A stretch of 64,000 nt of DNA from Takakia lepidozioides (taxonomy: Eukaryota > Plantae > Bryophyta): positions 47,740,001-47,804,000 of the forward strand of contig CM060732.1 of the NCBI GenBank assembly GCA_030704615.1, read 5' to 3'. Positions 13,053 through 25,700 of the stretch are shown in pieces. The translations under genes were made by a program, and so were the position numbers. Numbering within the stretch: position 1 is the first letter of the stretch; each line of letters starts with the position of its first letter. Below the pieces are notes generated by a model that was not told the DNA's origin, did no database searches, and was given only the letters and a program-made list of their open reading frames with translations.

Positions 13053-16000
13053 CCTTTTCACTGAAACGTTCATCATATTGGGCTCAATAGACATCATTTC
13101 CATACTCAAGCCCTTCAGCTGCATTTTCACCAAAGGGTCAGGATTTGTGAGTCAAAGTTCTCACGTGCTGTAGCAGGATCCAGAAATGCAACAGCACTGC
13201 GAGGATAACTAGTTCAAAGATTCTGTGTCAGGCTCAAGAGTCAAAGCAAGCAGGTGGAAGGATGAGAAAGCAGAAGCGTGTAGGTTCACGCAGCTTGCGA
13301 ACATTGACATTTGCATCAGGCATGGTACCAATGAAAATGCCCCATGGTTGCAGCAACAACAACACATTGCACAACGCTCCGTGTGCTTGTCCTCTGTTCA
13401 CCACGAGTAGTGCAGTGCAAACTGTAAATGAGTGCCTCGCAGTCAAGCACAACATCTAAGGTGTATCTACCTTCCTGCGGCCTCAGACTAGAGTGGCTCA
13501 TGATTTCTGTTCACAGAACACTCCTGGTTTTCTGCTAAAATATGATGCAAACTCTAACTTGAAAATGACTGAGGGCTCAGCAAAGCGAATCTTGGTTCGA
13601 AGTGACTTGTTCATTCAAGGCAATTCCACATTTTGAGAAGATATAATTATCCTGCAAACTGCTATATAGTGTTGACAGTAGGGCCAAAGTATTCCCCCGC
13701 ATCTCACCTAACTGCAGACATTGAAAGGAGCATCCTCCTTTAAAGCCAGCTCAAGGTCAACCTGCCCCAAGTCAATGACCCACATGAGTCACCTATGCAA
13801 GCAAAGCCTATAATGCAACCAATATCACTCCATACTGCACCTGAAGTGAAGTGCTGAAGTCTAGTCATGCTGGCCAACCCACCGGAAGCAGGTAGCCCAG
13901 TGGTTAGGAGTTTGTGCCTTGCCTGTGCATAACCTACGTGATCTCGGGTTCAAGGTGTCCACCTTCCAATGGAAGACAGTAGTCCCTCGGGATGAAGAGA
14001 CACCATAATTTACTTTTCCTTGGGGAGGCATCACCCCTTCAGAACCAAGGTGGATATGCAGCAAAATGCGTTGAGAAAACAGGTTTAAACCTGTGCCTTG
14101 AAATACGTGCGGGTGGGTCACCAGATGGCCTATGCCAAGGATAGTCAGATAGTCGGACACAAACACATACAAGATGGATCCCATGATTTGACGACATGAT
14201 TTCAATCTCTATCCTGTGCTCAAATCACAAAATCTTCTATGTAAAAAACCAACCATCTATCCGCCCCAAAAACTATCATGGTCCCTGCCAGGATACAGGA
14301 ACTGCAACCAGGTCAAAAGATATTAAAGTTCCAGAAAACACTGGAGAAATCTGAAGAGACAGGGTTGACATATGCCGCAACTCCAACATAAATGAAGTGG
14401 TGTATTTCAGATATCACAACAAACCTTTTTACTGTGCATGGACCATATACAACCATCTTTTCAACACCTCTTCAAATTAACAGAGAATTAAACATGGTAG
14501 CCAGATTGCAAGCAGTGGTACAGTGGCAGATACTTGGAGCCCACCTCATAGCAGTCTGCACAGATGAGGCGAGCTGGAAAGGACAAATCCTTGCGCCCAC
14601 ATGCATGGTCAGTTTCTCCAGTGTAGCGATTACGAGCATATTCAATCTGCCAAACCATATTGTGCCATCATACACCTCAAAAGCAATTCAGAATACGAGA
14701 TTTATTAGAAACAATCTTGTTGAACATCACTTCCAATGCCTCCTACTTGAATCAGTCATTGAACAGCACTAATGCGAAAGAGGGACAGGCGGGGTTGGCA
14801 TTGGGGAGATTCATAGGACTAACACAAAAAAAGTTTCAGACACCTGATGTTTATGAGACATAACCTGCTGGCATCGCAAAATAGCAAAGCATGGATTTTT
14901 CATGGACTTACAACACACGTGACGTAGGATTCCCACTTATGGAACCACCCGCAACGTCAATACACATGTACTAACCAATCATAGCTTTGTCCCGTTTGAT
15001 CAAGTCCGCTCCCTGTAAAACCATGATACCACATCCCACCAGAGCACTAAACCTCAGTAGTGGTCACAGTATCCTTGATGCTGATCCCATGTGGGTCACA
15101 CAAATTACTGGCACAAACTGAACTGAGTGTGAGCTGCTGCTACCCACAACACCTGTATTAAGATGCTTCTTCCCAATTTCAACCCGTATCTAGGTGGGGG
15201 ACGAACAGAAAACACTCTTTTCAGTGGGCCAGGTCTATGGCGACAAGGCTTAGGGCAAACAACGCTTATGGGTACATTCTTTTCAGTGGGCCAATTTCAA
15301 CAAAAAACTAAAAGACAACTTTGAAAAGACCCCCAGTGTTACACATTGACACCAGTCACCAAAATCACCCAAATACAGGCCACCACCTACTCCGACGTTA
15401 AGAGTCTCTGTCATTCGCCTGATACTCAGAGAGGCTATAAAAACAGTTCCTACAGACAGAGTTCCACAAGTAGATGGAAGAGCTACAGCATTGATAACTT
15501 GGGCAGACGAAGGGGAAACATGATGGTAAATTGATGGACCTTCAAATGCAAGGTCAAGAATCTCCACGCTTTATGTACAACTGAATGAGTAAACTTTTAT
15601 CAGCACAGCCACAGGACATATTGCCTTTCACTTGGAAGACTCACAAGTAATGCTGCAAGACGTTTAGCACAAAGGCCACCAGTCCCTTTTAGAGCTAAAT
15701 TTCTGTCATGCCATTGCTAACGTTCCTGGTCCAACCATTCGCTGGAGGTAAGTTTGTTCCAGTATGAGATTCAGGGTGACTTGTAGTAGGAGGTACACAG
15801 TACAGATGGACATGTAGTACAGTCGACCTCGACCCTGCCTTATTGTTACCTGCTTATGTGTTATTTCACTGTAAATGTTACGGTTTTGATACTCTGCAAA
15901 AAAAATACACTAGAAACCATGTCAAGAGTGTTAAGTGGTTAATTGTTAGTTTATCCTACTCTTCATAGTGTTAACGCACCTCCTTAGTAGTCGAGGCCGA

Positions 16001-17100
16001 CAAATCAGAAGAGAAAATATGGGTACAATTGCATCTTGGGCCGGCCTCAAGTAAGCACTAAAATATCATATCTTTGGGGGCTGCGGCCCCTAGTGTAAAG
16101 CTCTTGGGGCCAAGCAGTAGTGTATAATGTTGAAGTGGGGGCCGAAGGAGGAGAGGAGAAGAGGGGAGGATTGGATCGTGCGGTGGAGAATGAAGGAAAG
16201 AAATAGTATTATAGTGTGGGGAAGGTCGGCCCCAAGGAGACTTGGTGGCCCCTCAAACCATGAGGACTCCTTTTTTGCCCTTGGGGCGACTTGAGGCCAA
16301 ACTTATGTAGAATAAAATATATTATTTCATTTCGGCCTCGTCTCCTAGTGTAAAGGTCTTGGGGTCGGCCTTAAGCTCTCGACCAATAGGATCGCTCCAT
16401 TCCCGACGGCCCTTGGCCTCGACTCCTAGTGTAAAGCGGGCCTTAGATTCCATAGAGAGCCGTCCCCAAAATAGAGCATCCATTCATGCTCATCTGAAAT
16501 AGAGCATCCATTCATCCATTTATGAGGTTCAAGCTGAGCATCCATCCATCCATTCATCCATTCATGAGGTTCAAGCTGCCATTGACACTTTACATTTATA
16601 TCTTGTGCAGCAAAACACCGATACTAGTATTGGTAATCACTATTTGTCACGTGAAGTATTTAGCAATCTAGAAGGAAGTGATTTTAGCTAGGCATTCTAC
16701 TTGTCGACAAACCGACATTCTTTCATATTTTCAGCCTACTCAATGATTATATGTTATCTTTCATTGGCAGGACCTGGTTTACTGTGCCTCTTGTAACTGA
16801 TAATTTATGAAAATTCTCCCTGCTTTCCGGTTATTTGTGATACATGGCTATCTGTTAGAAATTTCATACTCTAGAGGCCTAACATTAAAGCAGGCCCGAC
16901 TGTATGTGCTGCGGGCCCACTACCGAATTTGTTGAAACATCAGAAAGTCCCTAACCAACAGCAGTCAGAAGTTCAGAGGGTAAAAGGCAGGACTTTACCC
17001 AGTTGTTGAGTTTCTTCAAAAGAATTATGGGGCTCGCATCCTGTTCCTTACGAGTTTGATAAGTGCGGACACTGTAGTGATCGGCTTGGCCAATTGGATC
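13053..17100 (-). pseudogene. mRNA cap guanine-N7 methyltransferase (RNMT/Abd1 family) pseudogene with introns
   Basis: Exons in order: ADHYSVRTYQTRKEQDASPIILLKKLNNW (~16998-17085); IKSLLIQLYIKRGD..LDLA (~15540-15600); GADLIKRDKAMIG*YMCIDVAGGS (~14941-15013); IEYARNRYTGETDH..LSFPARLICADCYE (~14544-14646); VDLELALKEDAPFNVCS* (~13709-13763); FALHYSW*TE..LLQPWGIFIGTMPDANVNVRKLRE (~13284-13421); AEGLEYGNDVY*..DERFSEK (~13053-13120). Several stops and broken donor sites. Confidence 0.85.
15990..16442. mobile_element. Tourist/PIF-Harbinger-like MITE remnant in a pseudogene intron
   Basis: Ends cctagtgtaaagcgggcc followed by TTA, the same terminus type as the MITE at 36599-36950. Internal cctagtgtaaag subrepeats. 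The left end is not resolved. Confidence 0.55.
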
Positions 17101-17873
17101 AATAACAACATTTCTCATTCCCAACCCCCCTTCAGAAAGGCCACCTCACTTGTTCCAAAGTATTATGGCAATTTTAGATGAGATCACCACCTGTAAAATG
17201 TCACAACACTCGGGAACACCATCTCTCTTTCTGATGTCCCTGCAGCACCACATGGAGTATGATTCGGACAGCAGAGTTAGATTCCAGCCTCTAAAGAAAA
17301 AACATAACTACATCCACAGGCACTCAAAAACATTGCATGGCATATAGGGACGTACAAGCAGTTCAAACAAGGTCCAGCATATACAACGACAAAAAGCAAT
17401 GTGCGGGAAGATTGATAACAGCAAGTGACATACTTCTCTTCGACCTTCCATGTCTTCTCCCGCACATTTCTCTCTGCCACTGTTGCACCGTTCTTCATCC
17501 TGACTACCTGTGAAGCCAAACATGAAGAAATCCGCTCGATCACACCACATACAGGACCATGACAACTCATCTAGGTTGGCACAATCTGAAATAAAAACAA
17601 TTAATTAAAAAAAGTGAGCTGAGCTGAGCTCACCCGCGAGCACTAGAATCGTTGAGCTCCTCTCTCACACCTTGCGTCCCGAGGATCATTGATCTTCCCA
17701 AACACCGCACCACACCACTTTCCTTGCAATCATGGCAAGTTTAGTCATTAGCTCATGTTGGTTCTTGTTGCCGAAGGTTCCCTGGATAATTGAAGACCAA
17801 TTGTAACGATGTAGTTCGGAAACAGCTCTCTGATTCTGATTCTGATTCTTGACATGGGTATAGTGGGTTGCGA

Positions 17874-19737
17874 ATGAATTTCCAGGGGGTGTGCGATGGA
17901 CAGGGAGCGCGTCTGTTGCAGGAGGTGGGACTCGCGCTGCCGCATAACCTGGTGGGGAGCCATGATAGCCTGCGTCATGGACTGCCTGCCTTTAAGAGCG
18001 AGGCTATGCCCTTGCACCCTGCTGAGATTATGCAATGTAAGTCCCTCAGGGAAGTTTTCCCTCTTCTTCTCTGTGACGCCCCTGTGCTCCTGTCTCTACA
18101 GCATTGGAAGTAGTTTTCTCAGTTGTCCCTCTTGTCCGATTGTTGTTTGTTGATTTTGGCCATAACGTGTATGGTAACTCATTACGTTCACTTTGGTTGG
18201 GGTTTCTGGTTCCGGCTCTCTCTTGTTAAACTCTTATTTTCCATTCTGTTGCAATGGATGCTTAAATTTGTGGTAGAAAGTATGCCACAAGTGAATTTAT
18301 CAATGTATTTCTTTGCCGCAGTTGAACAGCTGCTCTGGTTCGCTTGTTTGTTGTTAGGTTATGTTCAAAATCTTACTGGTTTCATGTGGAGTTGGAGCTT
18401 CTGTTGGGGGATTGTGCATGCATTATGTTATCTTGAGGTTGAAATAAAAAAAAGGAACTAGCTCTGGAATTCTAGTTTGGGTGCTGGAGTCAAGCTGGCT
18501 CCACTTAGAAACCTTGCTCTGGGGAGCAGCATAGTCAAGGTGATCAGGATTTTCACATTATGTTTAAGAGTTGCTAAGTTTTGAAAAGTTTACGCCAGCG
18601 CTCTTGCGCTATGTACTTGGTGTGTGAAGGCAAGCAAGTACCAGGCAGAGACAAGTCGTACCCTCCTGGAGAAAACTTATGGTTCAGCTTTTCCCATGAA
18701 GAGGGACATTGAGCAACAGATTTTGTAATCGTAGTTTCTTCAGTTGGCGGGCTTGTGGTTCTGCATGGGGGAGTGCTAGTCTGTATGTATGTTTCAGAAA
18801 CTTAGCAGAGGGTTTCTGTAGTCGTGGTATTGCTTAGTTTTATGGAAGCATGCAGGGTGCCCCAGTTGTGATATTGCATTTCAAATTGTTCCATTTGCAC
18901 ACAGAGAGGGTCTAGACTTTGCTGCAAATGGAAGGGGTCTTTGAATGCTCGGAGAGATGTGCTTCAGGGGTAGCGTCTGTACACACTGAAGGTCTGGACT
19001 TCACTGTGAACGAACAAATGAAAGGAGTCTTTGGATCCTTGGAGAGGTTGCTCCAGGACTTGAGGAATGCTGATAACGTGAAGTAGCACAATTGTTTGGG
19101 TTGGGTGTAGGTTCGAACGTCCGGGGCTTGTCTTCATCAATGCTTGGTCTTGATTTTTTGACAAATGGCTTTGTAGACTACTTGAATGGTACTTGCATCC
19201 TATTCTGCTCTCTCACCAGAGTTGCTCCACCACCACCCAAACTGTTTAAGGGGCCTTCTCTCTCTCATCCCCCACCCTTGCCTTTAGAACTAGGGAAAAT
19301 TGATTGGGTATTCATCCATGTTATCAAGGAATGCCTGATTCATTTTTCCTATCCTTCTAGGTGTGGCTTCTTTTCATTCAATTCAAAGGGGGCTCCCCAC
19401 CCACTTGTCTGCACAAGTCAATGCACTTAGCAAAGGGCAGCAAGGGAGTTTGGTGCCCTCGAGTGTACATGCTTGGAAACAAGCTTGTTCCTACGGACTC
19501 TTAGATATCCTTCAAGGATTCTTGACTAGCACCCCCCCAGGGATGTTGTTTCGAACCAGGACTTTTTGGCGTTACTCCTCTCTCCCCCACCCTAAGGCAA
19601 AGCCATCTGTATATGCTGTTGTATGATGATAGGGGTGTATGGTTTATTTTGCAGGCCCAAGGGAGTTGGAGACATTCATTCCAGTGGACTTGCATCAGGT
19701 TATGGAAGTCCGCCTTGGGCTTTTGAAGGGCCCATGA
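17874..19737 (+). pseudogene. Proteasome maturation factor POMP/UMP1 pseudogene (4 exons)
   Basis: LPHNLVGSHDSLRHGL..KSE..LHP; LLEKTYGSAFPMKRDIEQQIL* (premature TAA ~18727); RFERPG/LSSSMLGLDFLT..FVDYLN (frameshift and deletion); PRELETFIPVDLHQVMEVRLGLLKGP. All match plant UMP1 motifs. Confidence 0.8.
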
Positions 19738-20934
19738 AACTTTTCACAGCTGTGCTTCTAATGTGATAGGACTCCACTTCTATGACAACATATGATAGCT
19801 TTGCCAATGAAACATGTGACTGGATCTTTTAAGTGAAGAATTCTTTCAACTTTGGCATGGAAAGCATCGCATATCTGAGGAATATGCACATATATGTGTT
19901 TCTAAACCTCCTGCCTTAGTTATTACCATTTGTGGTGCAAAGGGCACTTGTACAGACATGCAAAGTGATGTAGCTACTACTGATGATTCAAAAACAAGTG
20001 AAGAAGTTGTGTGGGAGGCACCATGCTTTTACTGTCATTGTGCCAAGAGCAGAGATCTTGGAGGACAAATTTGTCTATTCATGTCTGGCCTTTAGAAGAA
20101 ACACAAATTTTCATCATGGAAGGTGTGCAAGGCTCCTCTACTTAGTCAAGCGTTGAATATTGATTTATTAGCCCATCATCACCGATTGAAGGGAAGGCTT
20201 TCAAGCTGTCTTTGTGATGAAAGATCTTTTTCCAATTATTAGGGCTCATGATACTCCCCAGGAATTAGTGGGGTATTTCTATGGTATTCCACAAGTCTGG
20301 TGAGAGGGCCATACTGATCCACACATCTCTTGCAAAGAACCCTAATAATCTGTGGCCCCAATGGCACCGCCAGTTCAAGCTCAGTTTTCGTTTCTCCTTC
20401 CTTCCACTACAGGGATTGCAATCACAACCCTCTATGTCCTCATTCTTACTCGACAGATGCATCTATTGGGTGACTCGATGTTTCTGGTCTCTTCTAATTT
20501 GGAACTGTGAGAAAGGGGAATCTTTGAAACCCTCCCCAGTGATACATCCAAGCATACTTCTATTTTCTTGCAATTTTCATGTTTCTTCTCAAAACCCTAC
20601 ACGAAAGCGTAATCCTGGCATGAAGAAACGGAGTTGCATGAGGAGGGTGGAAGAACGAACACGAACCCATCGGAGCTACCTTTACCAATAACCAGAGTGT
20701 TATCATCCTCCTTGCGAATTCTTGCGATGTTTTACAAAACACAGAGAGACGAGCCAAACGTCTCATTTCACTGAAGCATCCTCTCCTTAACTACAACAGA
20801 GGCAACTCTACGAAGAACTCCATGACACTCATAATATCGATCTAGTTCTACATCTGTACAAGAAATCTTAAAAAATAGATGAATTTTCGGTGTATTCTAT
20901 GAGCTTGATATGACTATCAATCGATCAATTGTCA

Positions 20935-21441
20935 TCAAATCTTGGTGATCTTCGAAGCTTTCACTATAGGGTTCGCCTTGGCTATGGCGTCTCGCCCTGC
21001 AAGCTTGTAATCAAACGAACAATTATGCTTCTCAGAGTATCGATGCAGAGAACAAAACACATCGCCGCAGCGGCACTTAAATCCTGTCAATCCCACGCGC
21101 TTCTTGCACGAAAAGCAGCGATTAGGAGCTTGCTGATGGGGTTGCTCCTGCCCAGAAGAACTAGCATCGCTCTGTCCATTGGGAGGCGAACGTGATGGGC
21201 CAACAAAAGACCCCTCCAATTGCATATATGATGCATCTACATGTGCTCTGTCCACAGCGGTGGAACCATCACCAATAGCACCCACAATACTGGCTGAGGC
21301 ATTCTTAGCTTGAAGTTCTTCCAGAACACCGTTGCGGTAGCACTTAGAGCACAGCCCCATAGTTGCCGAATTCCCGAAGAACCCACATCCGTTTTTGCAC
21401 ATAGTGGGGCCGGTCTCTTGATTTGCCCCCTCGGAAGCCAT
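20935..21441 (-). CDS. A20/AN1 zinc-finger stress-associated protein (SAP), 168 aa, single coding exon
   Basis: A20 finger CKNGCGFFGNSATMGLCSKCYR and AN1 finger RCFSCKKRVGLTGFKCRCGDVFCSLHRYSEKHNCSFDYK..GRDAIAKANPIVKASKITKI. Intact ORF; 5' UTR intron acceptor near 21468. Confidence 0.95.
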   Translation of the reverse strand: MASEGANQETGPTMCKNGCGFFGNSATMGLCSKCYRNGVLEELQAKNASASIVGAIGDGSTAVDRAHVDASYMQLEGSFVGPSRSPPNGQSDASSSGQEQPHQQAPNRCFSCKKRVGLTGFKCRCGDVFCSLHRYSEKHNCSFDYKLAGRDAIAKANPIVKASKITKI

Positions 21442-21527
21442 GTGCAAAGCTTTGCAGGTTAATCACACCTGAAAATATTCCTCCACACGAGGGCACCCTA
21501 TATCAGAACAAACCCCTCAATATACGA

Positions 21528-21790
21528 GGAAAGGAGTCACAACAATCCTTCACCACAGCGTAACGAGCGAGAGACGGTAATATAAAAACACACCTTCGAC
21601 AGAATAAGAAGGGAGTCACACTCAATCCTTCACCACAGCGTTCCGATAGAAGGACGGCAATATGAGAACACACTCTTCACAGAATAAGAAGGAACCCACA
21701 ATCAATCCTTCACCACAGCGTAACGAGCGAGGGAAAAGTATGAGAACACACTCTCCAAAGAATAACAAGGAAACCCAATCAAGCCTTCAA
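21528..21790. repeat. 80-bp-period tandem repeat (3+ copies) in the presumed SAP 5' UTR intron
   Basis: Core atccttcaccacagcg at ~21545, ~21625 and ~21705, plus a partial fourth copy. Confidence 0.85.
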
Positions 21791-22763
21791 CGCTCTGCAC
21801 CGCACTGTGCGAGCTACAGAGAATCCACGACTAGAGAGAAGACGCTGAGAGAGAATACACGCCCCCCGAAGGCCTATATACCCAGTATAGAAAGAGGAAC
21901 CCGAAACAGTAAAAGTATGTTAGGGTAACTTTCCCCGAGAATAGCAAAGGAAGGTTCCTTGACTGGTACGCGGGCTGACCCAGCGGGCAGGAGGGTTCGT
22001 TCCTGCACAACGTGGCTACTGCACCATCACCAGAACCTGCTCACGTAAGCGGAAATGCGTGTGGAATTTGGCAACGCTACAGCTCTTGGCGGAGAGAGAC
22101 AAACGAGGGGTGAACCAACCGTCTGTACATAGGATCCGCTTGACTGCTGTCACTAACCAATTTGATGGTCATAGTATGATTTGACTGTGATGGTCGCCTT
22201 GTAGCATCGTGAAGACTCTGTTCAAAGAGTGTACATGGTTTCCGAATGATTTTCTTGAGCTTTAGTCATCTGAACGCGCACTGGCGTGTTTGAACACCAC
22301 TCAATCATCTTCTCGCCGACCTCAGGAGATTAACCCTCTAATCGGCCTCCAAGATGGAAAGCCAGTTGCACCAGGCAGTTCCCATGTCGGTCGGCCGACG
22401 GTGAACAAGTGGTCAGGAGCTTCCATTGTAGAAGGGTGGGGTCAACATGTCTACATAAGACCGGGATTCATCATCCCTGAGAGCTTTGCCTTAGAGGATT
22501 ATGGAAGTAGATCGATGGCAGCATGTCTGACCACGGCTTCTCTGCTCCCCGTACTAAGAAGAATGCCCAGGGGGCTTTATGCAAACAGTCGCTTGAGCGC
22601 GATTGCAAGGAAAATGATTCGATCATTGGCATGATGTTGGGGTCAAATTGCGGAGGTAGGTAGAAGTTCTGACCGCGGCTGCTTCTTGATTTGAAGTAAT
22701 TTCAACTTGGAGCAAAACCAGCTTCAAAGAACTGATAGGATTCGCCATGTATCTGTATGAGAA

Positions 22764-25700
22764 ATGAAATGAAAGGAAATGGTGCTTTATAACGTCCGCA
22801 GAAAGCTCATAGAGCTTATGGGACAAAATGGAAGGAAGAACATGAGAGAAACATTTCTGATCCTCATAGTGGAAGACTTCAGTGAGAGATTGGGTTCCAC
22901 GGAATAGACAATGGAATCTCCCACGGTATAGGGGGCAATAGAAGAAGAAGTGTTCTTCAGTTTCAATTTCCTGGCTGCGCCCTATGCAAGCAGGACATAG
23001 GCGGTCCTCCCGCTGCAGGTTTTCCCATCTGCCAATCTCTATCCGTAGGTTGTGGGAGCCCACCCTGAACCGCCCCAAAACCCTGGGGAGAGAAGGAGAT
23101 AAAGAGGCCGAAAGGTAATTGGGCCGCAAGATTCTATCATCCCGGAGAACCAAGAATGTTTCTCGATAGAAATGGAGCTTTGTTGTGAGGTTGGGTAACT
23201 TCCAAGTTCTCCTGACATGTAACTCCATGAGCTCCTTTCCAATGAGTTGGTTGCGGTCATGCCTGGATGTGATTTCCACCTCTTCTGGGTTCACTGGCAA
23301 AAGTGAAGCTATAGAGAGTCCATGGCGTTCAAACAAGGTATCCACACGGGCATACCAGGATTGTTTGAAGCCTGCATTTTTGAGTCTCATAGATGTTGTG
23401 AGGGCCCTGGCCACAAGCCCCTTGGGGGGAAGGCCTTGTAACCTATGCAGGAAAACTGTAAGCCGGAAGAGGGCCTCAGTTTGGAGTGGCACACAGGCGA
23501 ATTCTGCATTCAATATGTGCGATGGAGTTGTGCCTCTGGCGCCAAGCATTGCTTGGAGGAAAGATGACTGCAATGGTTCCAGATTGTTTTCCCACCAGGA
23601 AACTGGGACTGCAGGTGCCCAAAATTCACAACCAAAAGTGGCATTTGGGGTGACTACGATATCAAACAGCCACTTCTTGGTCAGTGGGTGGCGCAGGTGT
23701 ATCTGCTTGCATTTGGCCTGAAGGCGGATGGAGGTTGTCTTGCCTTTTGTCAATCTGTCCAGGGTAGTGGCTGCAAAGTGGAATTTGGGGGAGTGGATAA
23801 CCAGCCCCAGAAATCAGTAGGATTTGACTATCTCCACCTCCCGATTGTTGAGGAAGAATCTGCAGTCGGCCTGCCCATTGAAAACCATGATCTTGGTTTT
23901 GTAAGGTTGACTTGCAACCCATAGTCATTGGAGAACTGTTCCAAGATGTCGAGATGGCGTTGTAGGAAGATAGGAGATTGTGCCAAAAGGGCAACATCAT
24001 CCGCGTAGAGGAGATCTGATTGTGTTGGTCCTCCATCCAATGGCACACCAACTCCATGGTTTTTTGGGATGTAGACTTCCAAGGCGTCAATGTAGATTCC
24101 GAATAGGGTAGGCGAGAGGGGGCAGCCCTGTTTGACCCCAATGTTGCTATGGACCTCAGCTGAGAATTCCCCTGCGATATTGACCATGCCAGTGACGATC
24201 TCATACATGGAGGAAATAGCATAGAGAATGTGTTGAGGGACCTCCCACCTTCTGGAGCCTTTGGAACAGAAGTTCGCGAGGAACCGAATCAAAAGCCTTG
24301 TGAAAGTCAACGAAGCAGACGTAAACCAGTTTTTTGTCAAAGCGAACACTTTCCACCATAACTTGAAGAGTGAAGATGTGGTCAAGAGTGGATCTGTTGC
24401 GACGGAAACCAGCTTGTCCCTTAGCCCGTATGTGAGAGGATTCAGCCCAATCATCCAACTCCATGGCTACTACTGCCCCAAACAGCTTAGCCAATAGCAA
24501 TGACACCATAATTGTGCGATGGTTGGTCGGTGCGAGCCTGTCACCGCTCTTGAAGAGGGGATGGATGAAGCTCTTTGTCCACTCTATTGGAAAGCCATGT
24601 TGCACTGCCTCATTGAAGAGGTAAGCTATAAACGGGGCCAAAGTGGGTGTTGCGTGCTTGAGGAACCCTGTAGCCCTGAAATATCCAATGCCCTGCCATT
24701 TTGCAGCTTCTTGATTGCCTTGTTGACGTTGGTTGTAGTAAAGAGGGAGAAGTGTAGGGGTTTAGAGGTTATGGGAGAGGGAGTTTGGTTTGGGGAATGA
24801 TACAAAGATTGGGCATACTCATGTTAGACGTGAATGACAGTGATCACAGGTGGGTCTCTGTGAGGTTTAAGGAGGGACCAAAAGGAACGAGGAGAAGATC
24901 TGACTTTTGCAAGAAAAGAAGATTGGAGCTTGAGAGTGTAGGCTCTCTTTTTGGATCTAATGAGGGACTTATAGTGCTTGAGAGAGAGGTTTTTGGATTG
25001 TGTAGAGGAATGGATATCTATGAGTAGAGATTTGATGTGACGTCTAGACACTTTGCATTCTTCGTGATAGAAAGGTGCATATCTATGGGTGGAGAGGGGC
25101 GATGAGGTAGATGGGAGAGTGGAAGGAGCGCAGTGTTGCGTCCCATAGAGCGTGTGTTAGGTGGGTAGTCTTGTCATCAGTAGATGGTCGAGCAAAGATG
25201 GAGGGGAGGATTGAAGCTAGGTAGGTTTCATAATCAGCGTCGTGTAAGTGAGAGAATGTGATGTAGAAAGAGCTAACTCTATCAATTGTGTTGGGGCTCC
25301 CCAAGAGATAGTCAACCACGCTCTGACCTTTGTACGTGTGGCAGGTGAACTGGCTCAAGGATTTGAAAGTGGTCGTGCCATTGTAGATGACAAGTCCCTG
25401 AATCTCGCAAAACTTAAGTAGATGGTGACCATAGCTGCTTGTGATTTCGTTAGAGACGTCCGGACTTTGCCTCTCCAGGGTCCCATATGAGTGTTGGATG
25501 TGTTGAGGGTCCGTGGGGTCGAAGGTTGGAGCGTGTAGAGATCCTGTACGGGCGTTGAAGTCGCCAACCAAGAATATGTCTGTGTGTGGAGTACGGAGAC
25601 GGGCTGTATCCTCTTCCAGTGGAACATAAGGTGAATCAGTTCGCATGTGGAGGCCACTATGTGGAGATGCAGCCGGGGCAAAGTAACATCCCACCAGTAA

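Noticed and set aside
21528-21790. CRISPR-like repeat/spacer look of the 80-bp array
   Set aside because: The intervening segments are homologous to each other, the context is a eukaryotic intron and there are no cas genes.
23185-23721. Long antisense ORFs over LINE, Gypsy and CCDC40 coding regions (e.g. 23185-23721, 40061-40525, 54510-54902)
   Set aside because: These are shadow frames of real opposite-strand coding sequence and contain no motifs.
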